A stretch of 62,419 nt of DNA, counting the filler, from Aduncisulcus paluster (lineage: Eukaryota): NCBI GenBank assembly GCA_024181965.1. It is 4 parts of 4 records of this genome, joined end to end, with 100 filler letters (N's around TTAATTAATTAA, not from the genome) between each part and the next. Parts side by side here need not be neighbours in the genome. Positions count along the whole stretch, not along the records: positions 1 to 27,538 come from BQXS01012651.1; 3 more parts are not named here. One strand, 5' to 3'. The first letter of the stretch is position 1. Each line of letters starts with the position of its first letter. Below the pieces are notes generated by a model. It was not told the origin of the DNA, did not search any database, and saw only the letters and a program-made list of their open reading frames with translations. The position numbers and the translations under genes are program-made. Below are positions 10,701 to 26,000 of this stretch, in pieces.

Positions 10701-13700
10701 AGAGTCGGTGATAAGGGTGATTCTGAAACTCTTTGTTAAGCTTTGAAAAGATACCACTGACACTCCTACTCGTCATATCCACTAATGAATATGACTTCTC
10801 CTGACTTATCATGTCAGAACCAGATCCTTCAACACACTGATCCCAGCAACATTCACAGAACAGAGGGTGAATAGTTTGACTTGAACTCTCGGACTTGGAC
10901 GAAATCGAAGGTACAAGAAGCCTGGATTTGGGGGAGAATGGGGGCAGGAGATCTGACTCATCCCTGTCGCTCCGAGCAGTGGATATAAGGGAAGGAACAT
11001 GGGAAGAACGCTGGGATATCAAGGGGATGGATGGATGGTGAGAAACATGGGTATGAATGGACTGAATTTGAGTGGAATGTGAAGTAAATTGAGCTGCACT
11101 TTGAGATTGTAAGCTTTTCAAATGTTCAAAGCGTTGTTTGGGCGAGGAATATACATAATCATCACCACATCTGGGAATAGCTTCCTCACAGAGCTTAAGA
11201 TTCTTTAAGCTTCCACCTCCAGCGTCGCTACTTCCAATGCTGACAAGCGTAGACCCCGTTGTGCTTTCATCTCGCATCACAAGGGGATTCTGGGACTGCT
11301 CAGGATGACGATGTGAATGCAGGGAAGACAGGGATGCTTGGGAAGAAAGGTGAGAGAAAGATTGAGAATCGTTGAAAGCAGACGTCGAGGTAGAAGCTGA
11401 GATTTTAACTCGGTTTCGTGGTGTTTTAGGAGTCATCAATACATCTCCAACCTCAGAGCTACTTGACTCATCGTCCTGAGAGTGTGACTGGAGTTTTGGA
11501 TGCTGTGACGATGATATCTCATCAGGGAGGGCAGTGAGAGGGAGAGGAGGGATAAACATCTTGGCCGAGGAGAGAGTTTGATCGAGTCCGTCAGTCCCAC
11601 TCTTGCTCGTGACGACAGCATCGAGAGACGATGTCATCATACAAGCAGAAGCTGAGGATGAAGTCGAATTATGGAGTATGGACTGTGTGAGAGAGTGAGG
11701 AGCAACAGCAACGGGGGCCATTTGGGCGACAAGCATCTTTTGCATGTTATTCATGCGGTTTTCTTGTTCTCTCAGGCGCTGGGAAACGATATATTCCTGC
11801 CGAGTCTGACTTAGAGGTAGAAAAGCAGTTGAAGTCGAAGGATTATCAGTGGAAATTGACCCTTCGTTCTGGGAACTGAAAGAACCAACTCTGGTCTGTT
11901 TTGAGTGTGTCTTTAAGGAAGGAAGCATGTCATCACAAATGGGACTCTCACTACGAGTATACTGCACGATCCGACGTTCTTCGTTAAGCTCATTCTCTCT
12001 CTGTTCGCGTTCCTTAATCATGATGGCTTCACGTTCCTCTTCTATTTTGTGCCGTTCAATCATTTTCCTGACCCCAACAACTCTTCCACCACCCAATTCT
12101 TCAATCTTTCGACCCATCGTGTCTCTTTCTTGCAAGAGTTTTGGACCCCCAACAAAGTCACTTTGTACTCTTCGCTGCTGAATGGTTGAGGGCGGTGAAC
12201 ACGTAGATTGCCGTGGAGTCCCGCCTTGAATAGTTGATGCAGAGTATGCATCTGGACTCTCTGCCTCTTCTTCGCTTACAGTTGAGATTGTCCCGTTCCG
12301 AGTGAAGAGGGGATTCATTGGGTCTGAACTTTCATCGCCATGCATACTGGATGTCTCTTTGGATCTGATAGTAGAGTGGTGAGAAGAAGAGGAGGAGGAG
12401 GAGGAAGAGGAAGAAGAAGAGGAAGAAGAAGAGGAGTTAGAGGAAGAGGAAGAAGAGGAAGAAGAGTTAGATGAAGAAGAAGAATGAGATTTCTTGGTGT
12501 GATCCTTGTGATTCTTGCTTGAGCTCTTGGGAGGTTCACTCTGCTTTATGCCATCAGAAGAAGATGTAGACATTGTTGGAGGCGATACATCATGGAGAGG
12601 CGAAGAACTAGCATTTGAAGAAGCCGATGGCTGTGCAGACTCAACGAATGGGGCAGTAGAAGTATTTGATGCTGGGAGAATATCGTTCACAGATTCATCC
12701 GACTTAATGTGCTCATGGGCTGAAGATACGGTGGTTGAAGGAATACTCAGATCAACAGTCACAGCGTTATCTCCAGTCCTTGGTGTCTTTTCTTCACTTT
12801 CTTCTGCAGCATCTGATAAGACAATGTGACGATGTTTGTGAGATTTTCCTTTTCTCTCTTGATGTTTTCTCCTTCTTTCCAAACGTTTCTCTTTCTTTTG
12901 TTCCCGTCTCTTCTCTCTTTGCCGCTCAGACCGAGTGAGTGTCAGAGAGGAGATACGAAACTGAGTGTGTGCGAGAGGAGGCGTGTCCTGTGACGAGAAG
13001 AGGGAAGACAGGGGATATGATTGTGATGGACTATTTCTCGGGTGAGACTGTGAATAGGACGAGGGAACACCAGTGGAAAGAACAGGGAAGGAAAAGGACG
13101 ATGTATGACTTGTTTTGATCGAACTAGAAGAGTCTCGATGTCCAGAGCTACTTTTCGTATTATCTTCAGAACTTCCATTCACTTTCTTCGTAGGGGGAAG
13201 GGGATGTTTTTGATGGATCTTTGAGGGTGGGTGAGAACACTGAGAGTGGGAAGAAGCAGCAGATACAATACTTTTCTCAGGGGAGGGAGTATTCCGATCA
13301 TCAAAGAAGTCGCTCTTGCGATCAGAAGCCCCATTACAAGCTCCAGTCGGAGTTGTAGTAGTCTGTGAGCAACCGCCAACACCACCAACTCCAACATCAC
13401 CAACGATATGTGCGGCTGCTGCCGTGACAGTAAGAAGCATTACGTGAGACGTCGGAGTCATGGGTTTGGGCGGAGGGATGGGATTTCCATCAACAGGAGA
13501 GACTGAAGAGTTGTCACCACTGAACTCTGACCGAGGAGTGATCATACTGTGCCCAGACATAGTACCTTTATCGGTGGAAATGTCCCCAGGGATTCTGTTT
13601 GAAGAAATGATGGGTTGTGGTTGGGCTTGCGGAGGAAATGGCGGGCCACTATGCGACACAGAGTGGGATGAGAGGAAAGAGCTTGGATGCGAATGTGATT

Positions 13701-16623
13701 GGATCATTGAATACAATGAACTCGAAGTAGTGCTACTAATATTAGCGATATTACCTATACCCATGCTCACGCTGCCCCCACTCATAGAAGTGCCAGTTGC
13801 ACTAGTGACAGATGCCCCGCTATTTATAGATATTGAGTTACTTGCAGTGACAGAAGAGCTGCCACGACGACCTGATATTGAGTCGACAAGATGATCTTTC
13901 ACGGAAGTATCAGATCCGCCTTGATACCAGCTCCCATCTTCCCCACCTATATCTCCCTTCTTTTTTGTCCACTTTGTCTTCAACAGATCCTCTACACTCT
14001 TCGCCGAAGGCATCGATTCCTTTGTTGGGGCAATATGCTCCATTAGAGGCGAAGCAGAGAGAGGGATGGATGTGTGGATTGAGTGCCCAGATGAAGATGA
14101 CAAGGCATGTGGGTTAGAAGAGGAAGAGAAGGTTGTAGAGAGAATTGGTAACAAGAGAAGACTACTACTCCGATCACTCTCTCTATCTCTTGTGGAGTGG
14201 TCTCCACCGCCTGGTATGATAGCACCACCGCCAGACCCTGAGGAGACCTTCTTCAGACTCGATGAAGACTGGTCGTTGGGATTCGAGGGGAGCGCATTTC
14301 CACTCGATGAGGTTTGTCCTGTGCTTGAAAACGTTTGACTAGATGAATTATCCACTTCTTTTCTGCCTTGACTTGAGGTGGACGTCAGTGGATTCGAGTG
14401 TTCAGTGAGAGATGAACCTTTAGGGAAACCAGATAAGGAAGAAGTATGGGTGTTATGGAGAGTGGGAGAGGATGTCACAGTCGTGGTTGAAGAGGATACA
14501 ACTCCATCATGGGAATGCGTGGACTGATATGATGAAGAATCATGTTGTCTGGAGGGCTTTGGTGATCTCACCTTATCTTTCGAGCTACTTTCTCTTGTTT
14601 TGTCCTCACCACCACGTCGACTCACACGATGTTTTGATGAGTGTCGACTATTTCTGGGGGAACTCGCAGAAGTGGAGGCAGCTTTCCGATGAGAATGGTT
14701 ATTCGATTTGTGACCATGAGAATGAGGATGTTTTGTAATTGTCCCATCCTTAGATGAACCAGACCCATGAAGAGCCCGAGATGATTTTCCATCTTTCCTT
14801 GAAGAATCTCCATGAGACGAAGTGGAAACCTTGGATTGTTTCTTGCTATCAGGCTTTCGGTGATGTTTGGAATGGCGTGAACTTGTTTCCGTGGTCTCTC
14901 TATGGCCGGAATGACTTACATTCTTATGTTTCGAGTGCTTGGACTCAGAATGTAATACAGAATGAGTTTTCTCGGCTCTCTGAGACTCGGAATGTTGATC
15001 GATACAATCTTGGGTTTGTCCGATCGCTTTCTGGAGCGATGATGAAGTCCCCGGGTCAGGTTTCTTGGATGAAGAAGTAGGATATTCATGTGGAGGCGAT
15101 GGCATTCCTATCAACTTCCCAGAGGATGAGAGAGAGATATCTTGGAGCTTTTTCTTCATTGCTACTCCATCAGCGTCGTCAGCTCCATCGATGCCATCCA
15201 AATGCGAAGAGGAAAGTGGTAAAGAATGAGTAAAAGGAAGAGTATGTGAGAATGAGTGTGTGAGGGAGGAACTATCCATCACCCTGCTGAGACTGGCCGC
15301 ACTGCTACTGGAAAGGTGGCCACTGGAACGACGGGGTGTGTGCCGACCATCAGCAGATGGAGATGCCGACTTGACCAATTCACCGCTTTTGGAAGAGCGT
15401 CTGGATAGAGGTAATGACCCACGGCTACCTTTGTTATCTTTGCTTGAAGAAAGGGACTTTTTAGAGTTGGAGTTTGATGTGAAACCCTTCGTTGATTGTT
15501 TTTTTTGAGGAGAAACAAGGGCCGAAGAAGCTGGCGGCTTTTTACGGATTGACTCACAAGAAATATGCATACGAAGTTCAGAATGAGATTGCTTAAGATC
15601 CATTTGATGAGGTTCAAGTGAACACGAGTGAATGAAACGACCAAAAAACCAAGCTCGAAAGAGGAGCTCCTTGTGAGACCGTTCTTTTGAGATTGTACTG
15701 ATGATATGTTCGGTAGAAGATGTATTACGCTTGACAAGGTCAAGGGCAGACGAGCTACTAGTAGTACTACCACGACTTCTTAGAAGATAGACAGAAATAC
15801 AGAAATCGGCTTCTATTGGGAGAGCAGGATGAATTGGGAAGGATATATGTTTATCAGAGGCAGTAACGTCCTTGACAAACTTGTTTGAAGGTGTGAAGGA
15901 ACTTCTCGGAGATGAAAAACCAGTCCGTTTGAGGGAACCAACTTTTTTCGATGATCCCTGACTTGTTAAGGAAACAGTTGACGTATAAGATTGAGTAGAA
16001 TCAAAACCAGTAATAATAAGTCGATAAGTTTTTCCTATAGTTGTATCTTGAAGAGTTATTTGACGTATTTGGACCATTCGGCTATGACTTTCCAGACCGT
16101 TCACGGCTTTAAAAATATAATTAACATAACGCTTTTGCGAGGGTGATAGAGATCGAGCTATCTCAAATCCATTCCTTTGGAATAGAAGAGTGCTCAAATT
16201 TTCAATAGAAACAGACAAACCACGAGCAAGACATAGTCCAGCTCCTAACATATTGGCATATTGACTGTTATCCGCATAAATTAATAAAATTTTTCCTTTA
16301 TGTTGAAGAGAATAAGCTTCTTTTACATATTGATAATATAACGAAAACAATATTGGATCAGTTGAACGTCGGGAGACAATTTTAACATAAAATTTGGTTC
16401 CACTTGAAGAAAATTTTTTGAATAAAGATTGTTTTTGTGATTCAGTTGATAAAATTGCAATACAAGTTGTTTTCTTGGATAATGTCTGAAAATATTTGAT
16501 AGCATCCGAGAGAACTGAAAACGGTATTTTAGACCGACTTTTCTGAACTATAACCAACGAAGTAGTAATAAATTGAACTCCATCGGGAAGACTCTTTGGA
16601 ATTTGAGCAATTGAGTAGAACAT
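7766..16623 (-). CDS. Giant Ser/His-rich protein (~2680 aa after collapsing gap overlaps) with N-terminal PTEN/tensin-like pseudophosphatase and C2-like domain
   Basis: ORFs 10153-16635 and 7766-10198 overlap across duplicated gap flanks, and removing 281+528 nt gives one frame; LSPSQKRYVNYI resembles PTEN IPSQRRYVYY; ADFCISVY and LLFRAWF are C2-like. Confidence 0.7.
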
Positions 16624-17008
16624 CAGACTGTTCAAGCAAAATTAACTTGAAAATTACAAATGATGAATACCAATAAAAAGTTGAAATGAATTGGAGAGAG
16701 ATTAAAACAGAGAAATTAAAATATGTATTGCAATTAGTTCAAAAAAACAAACAAAACTCTTGATCTCTTCAATTTGATAATCTATCAATAGATAACATCA
16801 TTATTCGTAAATAAATAGTTGTATTTAGTCAAATTTAAATTTTTGAATTGCCTCTTTTCTTCTAAAGTTGATATTTTTCGTTATCATCGGAAAGAAGAAA
16901 TATATATGAAAAACTTTTGCAGTAAATCATCATATTACTACCATTTAATTAAGTATTTTCTTTACTTCTTCAACATTAAGATATTGTTAAAATCATAAAC
17001 TTACGCGC

Positions 17009-20000
17009 ATGCTTTTCTCGCCATTCATGGGTTTATTTTCTAATTTTATAAAGAAGTTTGGTTGTAGTGTTTCTTCGGAAGCTCCACAACCTCACTCAGA
17101 AGAGATCCCTCTTGCCATTAAACGTATGGCAAGAGGGATCTCTTCCGAGCATATTCGGGCCTTTTCCCGAGGAGAAAACATCTGTATTCTCACAGCCCCT
17201 TCTAATTTGTTATTAAAAATTAAAGTTGACATTTCGCCCCTCCTTCCTACTCTATTTATTCCCTTGGGGGGTGATCTCTCCTATGGAGCTAATATTCTCA
17301 AATCTATCATAAAAGGTACAAACAAAAGTATTACTCTCGATAATAAGCCTAAAATTACTGATAAACAACAAACCTCCATGTTTGATCTTATATTTACTCA
17401 CTCACGAAAAAAAAGAATAATTCCGCTAAAAAAGCCAAAGAATTCATCAAAAACAGCCCTAGATTCCGATATTGCTCTTGGCAATCGGTATCCTCTCCAA
17501 TTAGTAACTGCTCGTGTTCATATCATTGAGTCACCGCTTTTAAACAGATCTTATTCGGATGAAGATAGGATCAGATTAAATAATTTATCTCCAGAACAAC
17601 GGAGAAAAATGTTGGAATCTCCTAGTAGAATCGTTCAACTCACAGTTTCTGTCATGGAGAGACACACCCACCCTCAATCACCCACCGTTCCCAGAGATCT
17701 TGATCCTTCATGGATCGATGGTAGATTCGACCAAGTATATAGATATCCCACTGAATCTGCCCACCGCTCCGCTATTGGTTCCACAGAGTCTACTCTCATA
17801 GATACTTGCAGTATGGAGTGTTGTGCTTCTCTGGCTGGAGATAACTATGTTATTCGGACAATTATATTCTCCTCAGTACTTCCTTGTTCAAAGAAAATGA
17901 CACAGCGACTTGGAAGGGTTATATTTGAACCTGTTGATGAGGAATCGACTTTGATTGAAGAAGAAACTGGGGAATCTATTGATATGTCAACCCATAGGCC
18001 TACCAGAAATCCTCACTCGAGTTATTCGAATACCAATGCATCCGTCTGTGTGTCTCCATGTGGCCAATATATATATGTCCGAGTCTGTGGAAGAGTGGTC
18101 AGTGACAATTATCTCCTGTCATATTCTCTCAAAGAAAGCTCATCCATCTCACACAAACCAACCACTGCAGAACCAATAATCTCTTCATCGATGGCCAGAT
18201 GTGGAATGGACACATATGCACACGCCAGTTCATCTCTAATGACCGGTTCAGACCCTCTTGTGAGACCTATACTACCAAGACTTGAGATTCATCATATAAA
18301 TACTATTTGTATTGGATCATTATGGTGTAGAATGATGCAAATACCTCCTTTAACACCTCATCCGTATCTCACTTCTTTTCTCAAAGACACTCCAGAGCAT
18401 GTTTCAATCCTATCACGGCAGTTTCCCTTGCCTCCTCTACTGAATTCAATGTGTTCACTCTCCTTGCTTCCTCAGTTGACATGTGTAATGGATTTCGGGG
18501 CAATATTTGTCATGTGTCAGGGTGTTTTTATTAATATATGTTCTGTGAATAATGATATTCTTCGATTTTCTTCAAAGTCAACAACATTCAAACAACCTAA
18601 GCCTTCGATGACATTTCATACCGATGAAGATCAATCAGTGTCGACAACCGATGGTGGAATTGCTTCATCGGCGTCACAAAGATCTGCACTTTCGAACTCA
18701 ATAGTTATCCGTGCGCTCAGTATCAAAACAGATGGAAGGTGGATTCTATTTCCAGAAATGCCAAACGATATTACAATACAAAAACAAATTCAGCAGAGAC
18801 AAATTAATGCTTTAGGAATGTCATCCTCAACTACCTCTTCAACGATTGATCCTCCATTTACTTCTTCTCCAGAATCTGACAAGACTTTCTTTACCAAACC
18901 CTCATGTTTCGTGCCATTATCTACTATTCTTGCAAAGTATCCGAGACAATCACATTCTCTTATCCATACATTGCAAATTGGTCCAACCACACATCCCATC
19001 CCTTCGATTATTCTTGATGGTGACACCGATTCCGATTCTGACGATTCCACACCGTTTCTTCTTGAGTTCTTTGTTCCTCCTTTTTTCAATCTTCCTTCAC
19101 TGAATATGCATTTGTCCCCATTGTCTCCACGGGCCATCAAAGCCGTATCCCCCCATTCGTTACTAACTCCCCTCTCCTCTTTCTCTTTCTTCCCAACGTA
19201 TATGATTATCTCGCTTGCTTTCTCTCTCCCTCACCCATCATTCCACGCCCTCTTCTTCTCGTTTGCTCCTTTGGTTCATGTGATATCCAATGCCATGAAC
19301 ACAACATGGTGGAAAGGTTCATGTTCTCACAGGCACGGTTGTAATTGCCTTCCAGCAAGATCATGTCTCTGTGACGATTCGTTGNNNNNNNNNNNNNNNN
19401 NNNNGACACCGATTCCGATTCTGACGATTCCACACCGTTTCTTCTTGAGTTCTTTGTTCCTCCTTTTTTCAATCTTCCTTCACTGAATATGCATTTGTCC
19501 CCATTGTCTCCACGGGCCATCAAAGCCGTATCCCCCCATTCGTTACTAACTCCCCTCTCCTCTTTCTCTTTCTTCCCAACGTATATGATTATCTCGCTTG
19601 CTTTCTCTCTCCCTCACCCATCATTCCACGCCCTCTTCTTCTCGTTTGCTCCTTTGGTTCATGTGATATCCAATGCCATGAACACAACATGGTGGAAAGG
19701 TTCATGTTCTCACAGGCACGGTTGTAATTGCCTTCCAGCAAGATCATGTCTCTGTGACGATTCGTTGACTTCATATTCTTATTTTAGACCCTCACACACC
19801 GGTGTCACATCCTCAAATGTTCCTCAAAGTAGTCCAAAAATGGATTCTCCCAAGGGATCTGCCAGGAACAAGAAAGGGAACAAGAGAAGGAAAGGTAAAG
19901 GAAAAGATGGTTCAAGAGATAGTGTGAAATCTCTACCATCTATTCCAATGGTGAATCCAAAGAATATATCTGAGGATCTTCATCATATTTATTCATTAAA

Positions 20001-23000
20001 TATCGAATTTTCTGAACTTTTCCAGGAGCTTTTGTACATTTCATTCTCGTATTTGTATTCGATAAGTCACAATTGTCATGAGGATCTTGAGACATGTATT
20101 AAAGAAGGAATTAGAAAAGAAAGAGAACGAAAGTTAAAACAAAAATCTCATCGCATGAGAACCCAATTTAATAGCCATTCTAGACACGGCCAAAGTTCAG
20201 AGTCTCCTGAATTAACATCTATTTCAATTTCACTCTCTGATTCAGACAAGAAAAGGCAGCATTTCCCATACCATGAATCTGATATTGCCACTCCCTTGTT
20301 CTTTGGTGAGTTTTCAAGTGACAGGCAGCCCGGCACCCCCCTTTCATTAGCTCCAAGAATTATCAGTCCCTTCGTTCTGTCAATGCACGGAATATCTCCA
20401 CCTTCTTCCACATCTCCATATTCATTCCGGTCTGATGGATCGGTATCGGTTTGTGATGGATCCTCAAAGGCTCTTCCGGTGTATAATCTGATTGATCTTG
20501 GATGTGTTGGCGGAATTACTCTTGAAATTGTTCAAAGTTCTATGATGATGATTCGATTGGTGTGTAATTTACTTCCTCTTGATTATGCTTTCCGCTTTTG
20601 TAATCATATTTTTGGAAAGTATACTGTCTTCCACTCAAACTTACAATTTATGGCCACCACCATTCTCTCTGATATCGTTAAGAGTACATTGTGGCTCGTG
20701 ACTATTTTAGAATGGATGGAACAGTGTCTAAATATATCGTTCCTGAACGTTGGGATGGAGCATAGTGAAAGAGTTCTCAATCGAAATCGGCATGAAATTT
20801 ATCAGGAAATATATTATGAAGAAAATGGACTCCTGTCTTCATATCAGAGTGTATCAGATGGCGAAGAGATTGAGAAAGGAGAAGATGAAGGAGAAGGAAT
20901 AGAACCGTATTCATCACGAGGATCAGAAATTGATAGTTTTGTCTTTAAAACATACTTTGCTGCCAAGGATTCCTCCCGAATCGATCCCCTTTCAACAGCT
21001 CGGACTCTCACTTCCTCTTCATTATCGGGTGGACGAATTCCACAATCTTATTCTTCTCAAAACATCCATCATGCACGAAAGAGTTCTTCGAAACGCTCAG
21101 GTCATTTCCTTCATCTTTTGCCACAAAGACGAGATGTGCTTGTTGTGCTTCTTAAACTGTGGAAACGGTGCTTGTTCTCTTCTCAACATACCCATGTCAA
21201 TGTGTTAAGTGCGGTAATTATGTCAATATCTAACTCCTTGGGCATATCCAAGGGAATTTCAAAGCTTATGTTTCAATATGTGCAACAATATTCTGTTGTA
21301 GTGATGCCCAATGTGCATGAAAAGAGGTGTGTGGCGACTCATGCGATATCATTTATGAGAAACAAACTGAAGAATGTTCGAAAACTCCAATCACATGTCA
21401 AAGTCATGGAAATGAAATCCAGATCATCGAGAGGAATGGATACAAATACAGAAATTATTCTATCTCAAGTTAAAAAAGTAACCAAACCATTCTCCGACAG
21501 TTGTGATATTCCTTCAATCTCAGTCCCCACCATCACATCATTGAGGTACGCAAGGAGTTCTGAAGCATATCGGATCAAGACTCTTCTACATCGTGGAGAT
21601 ATGAGAAGAGCTGCATCTTTACTGACATCCACAAAAAATCCTGAGTGTATATGCATGTCTGTGTGTCTTTTAATGAAGTTTGGAAGACTCAAGGATGGTA
21701 TTCGAAGAGGTATTCGGAGTCTATTGCCTATTTTGTATGGAGAAAATGGTATTGTTGATGATCATACTGAAAATATAAATATTTCTAACCACCATCCTTC
21801 TTTTCATATTATTATTACTGCCTTTTGTGATATCATCGAGGCCCTAAAACAGACTTCTACTATGCCATCTTCGTCCTTTATTGATCTTGGTCTTTGTTTC
21901 CCTTCAGAACCTTCTCTTTTCCCCCCTCATCATCCATTTTATATGATGACATTATGCATTGTTCGTACAGTGTTTTCTGTGATTTATAATATGAAATGTA
22001 CAGCTTCAAATGACGATTGTCATGCTCCCCAGGATTATCCAATCACACACATCACTATCCCTTCTGCCACGGATCCATATAATACTCCAATTCAAGTCCC
22101 TCTGACAAAGATCCTCTCTTCTCTTTCCCCCTTTTCCCCATATTATACATCTTTCCTCTCCTCTTTCTTTTCTGTTGAGGGTTGTGCTGTTCTCCTCTTG
22201 TGCATTGAGGGACTTGCATCAGCTGTTAATTGGTTGATGTACTGTGGGTATGTCAAACAAGCTCTATGTATTCTTTTGTGGGAAGAGTATAGAAAGCATC
22301 ATCCTACAAGGTTTATTGGGAGAAGTTCAAGAGAGATACCAAGTTCAAGAGAGATACCAATCGGTGCTCTTGAAACAGTTGATCATACATCTCCAACGTC
22401 TCCTTTAAATATTCAGGTAGTATCAGAAGAAAAGAATGGATATTCTAAGCACCTATTTCCATTGATATCCGACAAATCGTATCTTGCATCGTCATTTGAA
22501 AAAGAAGATCAACCCACTCCAATGAAGCTTTTGATACGTCTATTTAAAGATGTTGAGAAAGAAGAATTTGAAGAAAAGAAACTATTGTCTGCATCATTCA
22601 AAGCCGCAAGTACAAACGTCTCTATTGGGTTTGGTAATGCCAGTTCTGGTGTTAATGTTGGAATAGGAACAAATTCAGACAATACAAAACTCATATCAAA
22701 GCCTGAGAGTGCTCTTACATTTACATCAACTTTATCAACAGTCACTCAAACCACGAAAACTGTTCTCAAAGGTGTTGGCAAGACTTCTAGAGGTGTTGGT
22801 GAATCTATTCAAAACGTTTATATCCCCCCTAAACTATCTTCTTTCTCTGTGCTTCAACTTATTGCAGAAAAAGGACCTATATTATCGTCCTTTGCTCTCT
22901 TTAACTCGGATGATCCTGATCAAGCTCCGGTGTTTATGCTTTCTGAGTCCTTTAGAAGCTGTGTGAGACAATTGAGAACGTGTATGAAAGAAGTCAAGGA

Positions 23001-26000
23001 AGATGCATCCCTCCCGCATTGTCTATTGACTTTTGTTGACCTTATTCAAATATCTCGGGTTGCCATCCGTGAGAAAAGATTGGAAGAGAAAGAAGAGGAA
23101 GCAGAGAAATTTTATCTCCAAGATTGTTTGAACAATTATGGTTCCAATCGTGAATTACATAGTCCTAGGGCTGAAATGCGTTCCAAAGATAATTATTTGG
23201 GCTCTCCTCGTCGTTTGTTTGAGGCCACAAGTCATAAATATTATCCAGGTTCTATATCAGAAGAATTATATGATCATAGTGGAATGTTCGGTGAAGAAAT
23301 GGTGGGAATGACGCATATTGAGACCGTCAGAGAATTTTTAGAGCATAAAATTGATCCAAAATATATCAATTCTCAATTGGAAAGCATTTTGGAAGATCCC
23401 AAATCTTCTAAATTGCACCGTGCCTTCGCCAAGGCTGTTCTTTTATTGAATTATGTCCATATTCTTTCTCTAACCAAATGCAATACCCTTGGAGATCTCC
23501 TTAATCTCGTTTTAACTCCTTCAAATCGGTCATCCCAAGCTTCTCGTGAAGGATCCAGCCCTTCAAACCCTTCTCCTGTTCCATTTCCATCCATTTCTGA
23601 CAGTCCTCCAGCTCTCCCTCCTCTTGCTCCGACATTGACTCCGGAATTAGGTCCTGGTGCCATCTCCCCCAAATATCAACAGAGTTCCCCAACATCCAAA
23701 AAGAAGAAGAATCCATTCGCTCATCTCCCAGACTGTCTCCTAAAATTATCTCCAACCCATGCATCTGTGTCCGCTTTAACTGCATCTGCCTTGTCTTTGC
23801 TTCATTTCCTCACACGTTGTGTAATCTGTTGTGGATTGTTATCTGTGAAACGGAATGCAGTGAGAAAGGTTATTTTGAGAGTTGGAAAGGATTCAATGAG
23901 AAAGAACTGGAGAGAAAGAAGATTGTTGCTTCCTTTCCCTCCTCTAAAGTTGAAGGAAAATAGGCTCTCTATCGGAACTAATCCAATAGGATCACTTCGT
24001 ACTTTCTCAGATCTAAAAATAGAAACTCAACCTGAATCTCAAGATCCTTTAAAGTTAAAGAGTGATATGATGAGTGTAGTAGTTGAAGGCAAAGAAGAAG
24101 ATGCCCCCAAATATCAACAGAGTTCCCCAACATCCAAAAAGAAGAAGAATCCATTCGCTCATCTCCCAGACTGTCTCCTAAAATTATCTCCAACCCATGC
24201 ATCTGTGTCCGCTTTAACTGCATCTGCCTTGTCTTTGCTTCATTTCCTCACACGTTGTGTAATCTGTTGTGGATTGTTATCTGTGAAACGGAATGCAGTG
24301 AGAAAGGTTATTTTGAGAGTTGGAAAGGATTCAATGAGAAAGAACTGGAGAGAAAGAAGATTGTTGCTTCCTTTCCCTCCTCTAAAGTTGAAGGAAAATA
24401 GGCTCTCTATCGGAACTAATCCAATAGGATCACTTCGTACTTTCTCAGATCTAAAAATAGAAACTCAACCTGAATCTCAAGATCCTTTAAAGTTAAAGAG
24501 TGATATGATGAGTGTAGTAGTTGAAGGCAAAGAAGAAGATGATCATGCCAAATCTGGAGAGTTTGTTCGGTTTGCTTCCCCAAATATCAACAGAGTTCCC
24601 CAACATCCAAAAAGAAGAAGAATCCATTCGCTCATCTCCCAGACTGTCTCCTAAAATTATCTCCAACCCATGCATCTGTGTCCGCTTTAACTGCATCTGC
24701 CTTGTCTTTGCTTCATTTCCTCACACGTTGTGTAATCTGTTGTGGATTGTTATCTGTGAAACGGAATGCAGTGAGAAAGGTTATTTTGAGAGTTGGAAAG
24801 GATTCAATGAGAAAGAACTGGAGAGAAAGAAGATTGTTGCTTCCTTTCCCTCCTCTAAAGTTGAAGGAAAATAGGCTCTCTATCGGAACTAATCCAATAG
24901 GATCACTTCGTACTTTCTCAGATCTAAAAATAGAAACTCAACCTGAATCTCAAGATCCTTTAAAGTTAAAGAGTGATATGATGAGTGTAGTAGTTGAAGG
25001 CAAAGAAGAAGATGATCATGCCAAATCTGGAGAGTTTGTTCGGTTTGCTTCCTTGCCACAATCTCAACATCTTCAACACCGCCGGTTAAAAACGAGTGGA
25101 CAACCGTCTGGCCTTCCATCTCTTCCCCTTCATCCTCTTTTCACTCCTCATTTAGATGTTGATCCGACTGAACTCGATGCTGAAGGGAGGAGGAAATCAG
25201 TAGGAAGTGTTTTCAAGAGAACTCAGAATAATATCGCCAGTTCTCCCTTTATGGAAACAGCCAATGGTGATCCTATTGGACTTAGACGAGGACACAGAAG
25301 GACAATGAGTCTGTCACCTCACCCAGAAAGAGAGTATTCCTCACATGTTGGTCTTCACATGAATGTGGGGCCATGGGGTGAGAATGGTGATGTGTTTAGA
25401 CAGTTTGATATTAAGGGAAAGAGAGAGAAACCATCGTTGTCAAAGACTACACTTGTGCGTGGCATGTCTCCATATCTTCACCCTTCTTGCATCAAACGCA
25501 GGAGAGGAGGGGACTATGTCTCTTTTGTTGACCCATACGATGATGCTTTCCTCCTGATTCATTCTCCAGAAGTCGCCTTATGTATCATTTCAATACATCT
25601 TCTTGATTTCTATGATATATTCAAGATTAGAGATTTACAGAATAATGCTATTTGTGCTATAAATAGAGTTCCTGAGAAGAAACTAAGGATCTCAATTCTT
25701 ATCCATCGGTTGATTCCAACGATCACTGCTTCCCATGGGTCGTTTGTCCAGACAATGAGAAAGAAGGCAACACAACTCATTCAAACTAATCTGGGTGCAA
25801 CTATGGTTCGAAGGATGGGATTATCAGGCCCATCTGGTGATCTGAGTCCTCGTCGAGGTGGTTCTGGCCTGAGGAATAAGTACAGTGGTCTACATGGAGC
25901 TTCAGCAGGCAGTGGATCCTCATCTCGTGTCAGTTCACTCATCCCTCGGGCATCTGAACGACTCAGCGGGATTGCTGATTCCATTGCACTCGGAAGAGAT

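Noticed and set aside
23666..25052. Triplication with frameshift as programmed frameshifting or domain expansion
   Set aside because: Copies are identical with uneven ends, and one copy gives a clean frame; most likely a gap-filling artefact.
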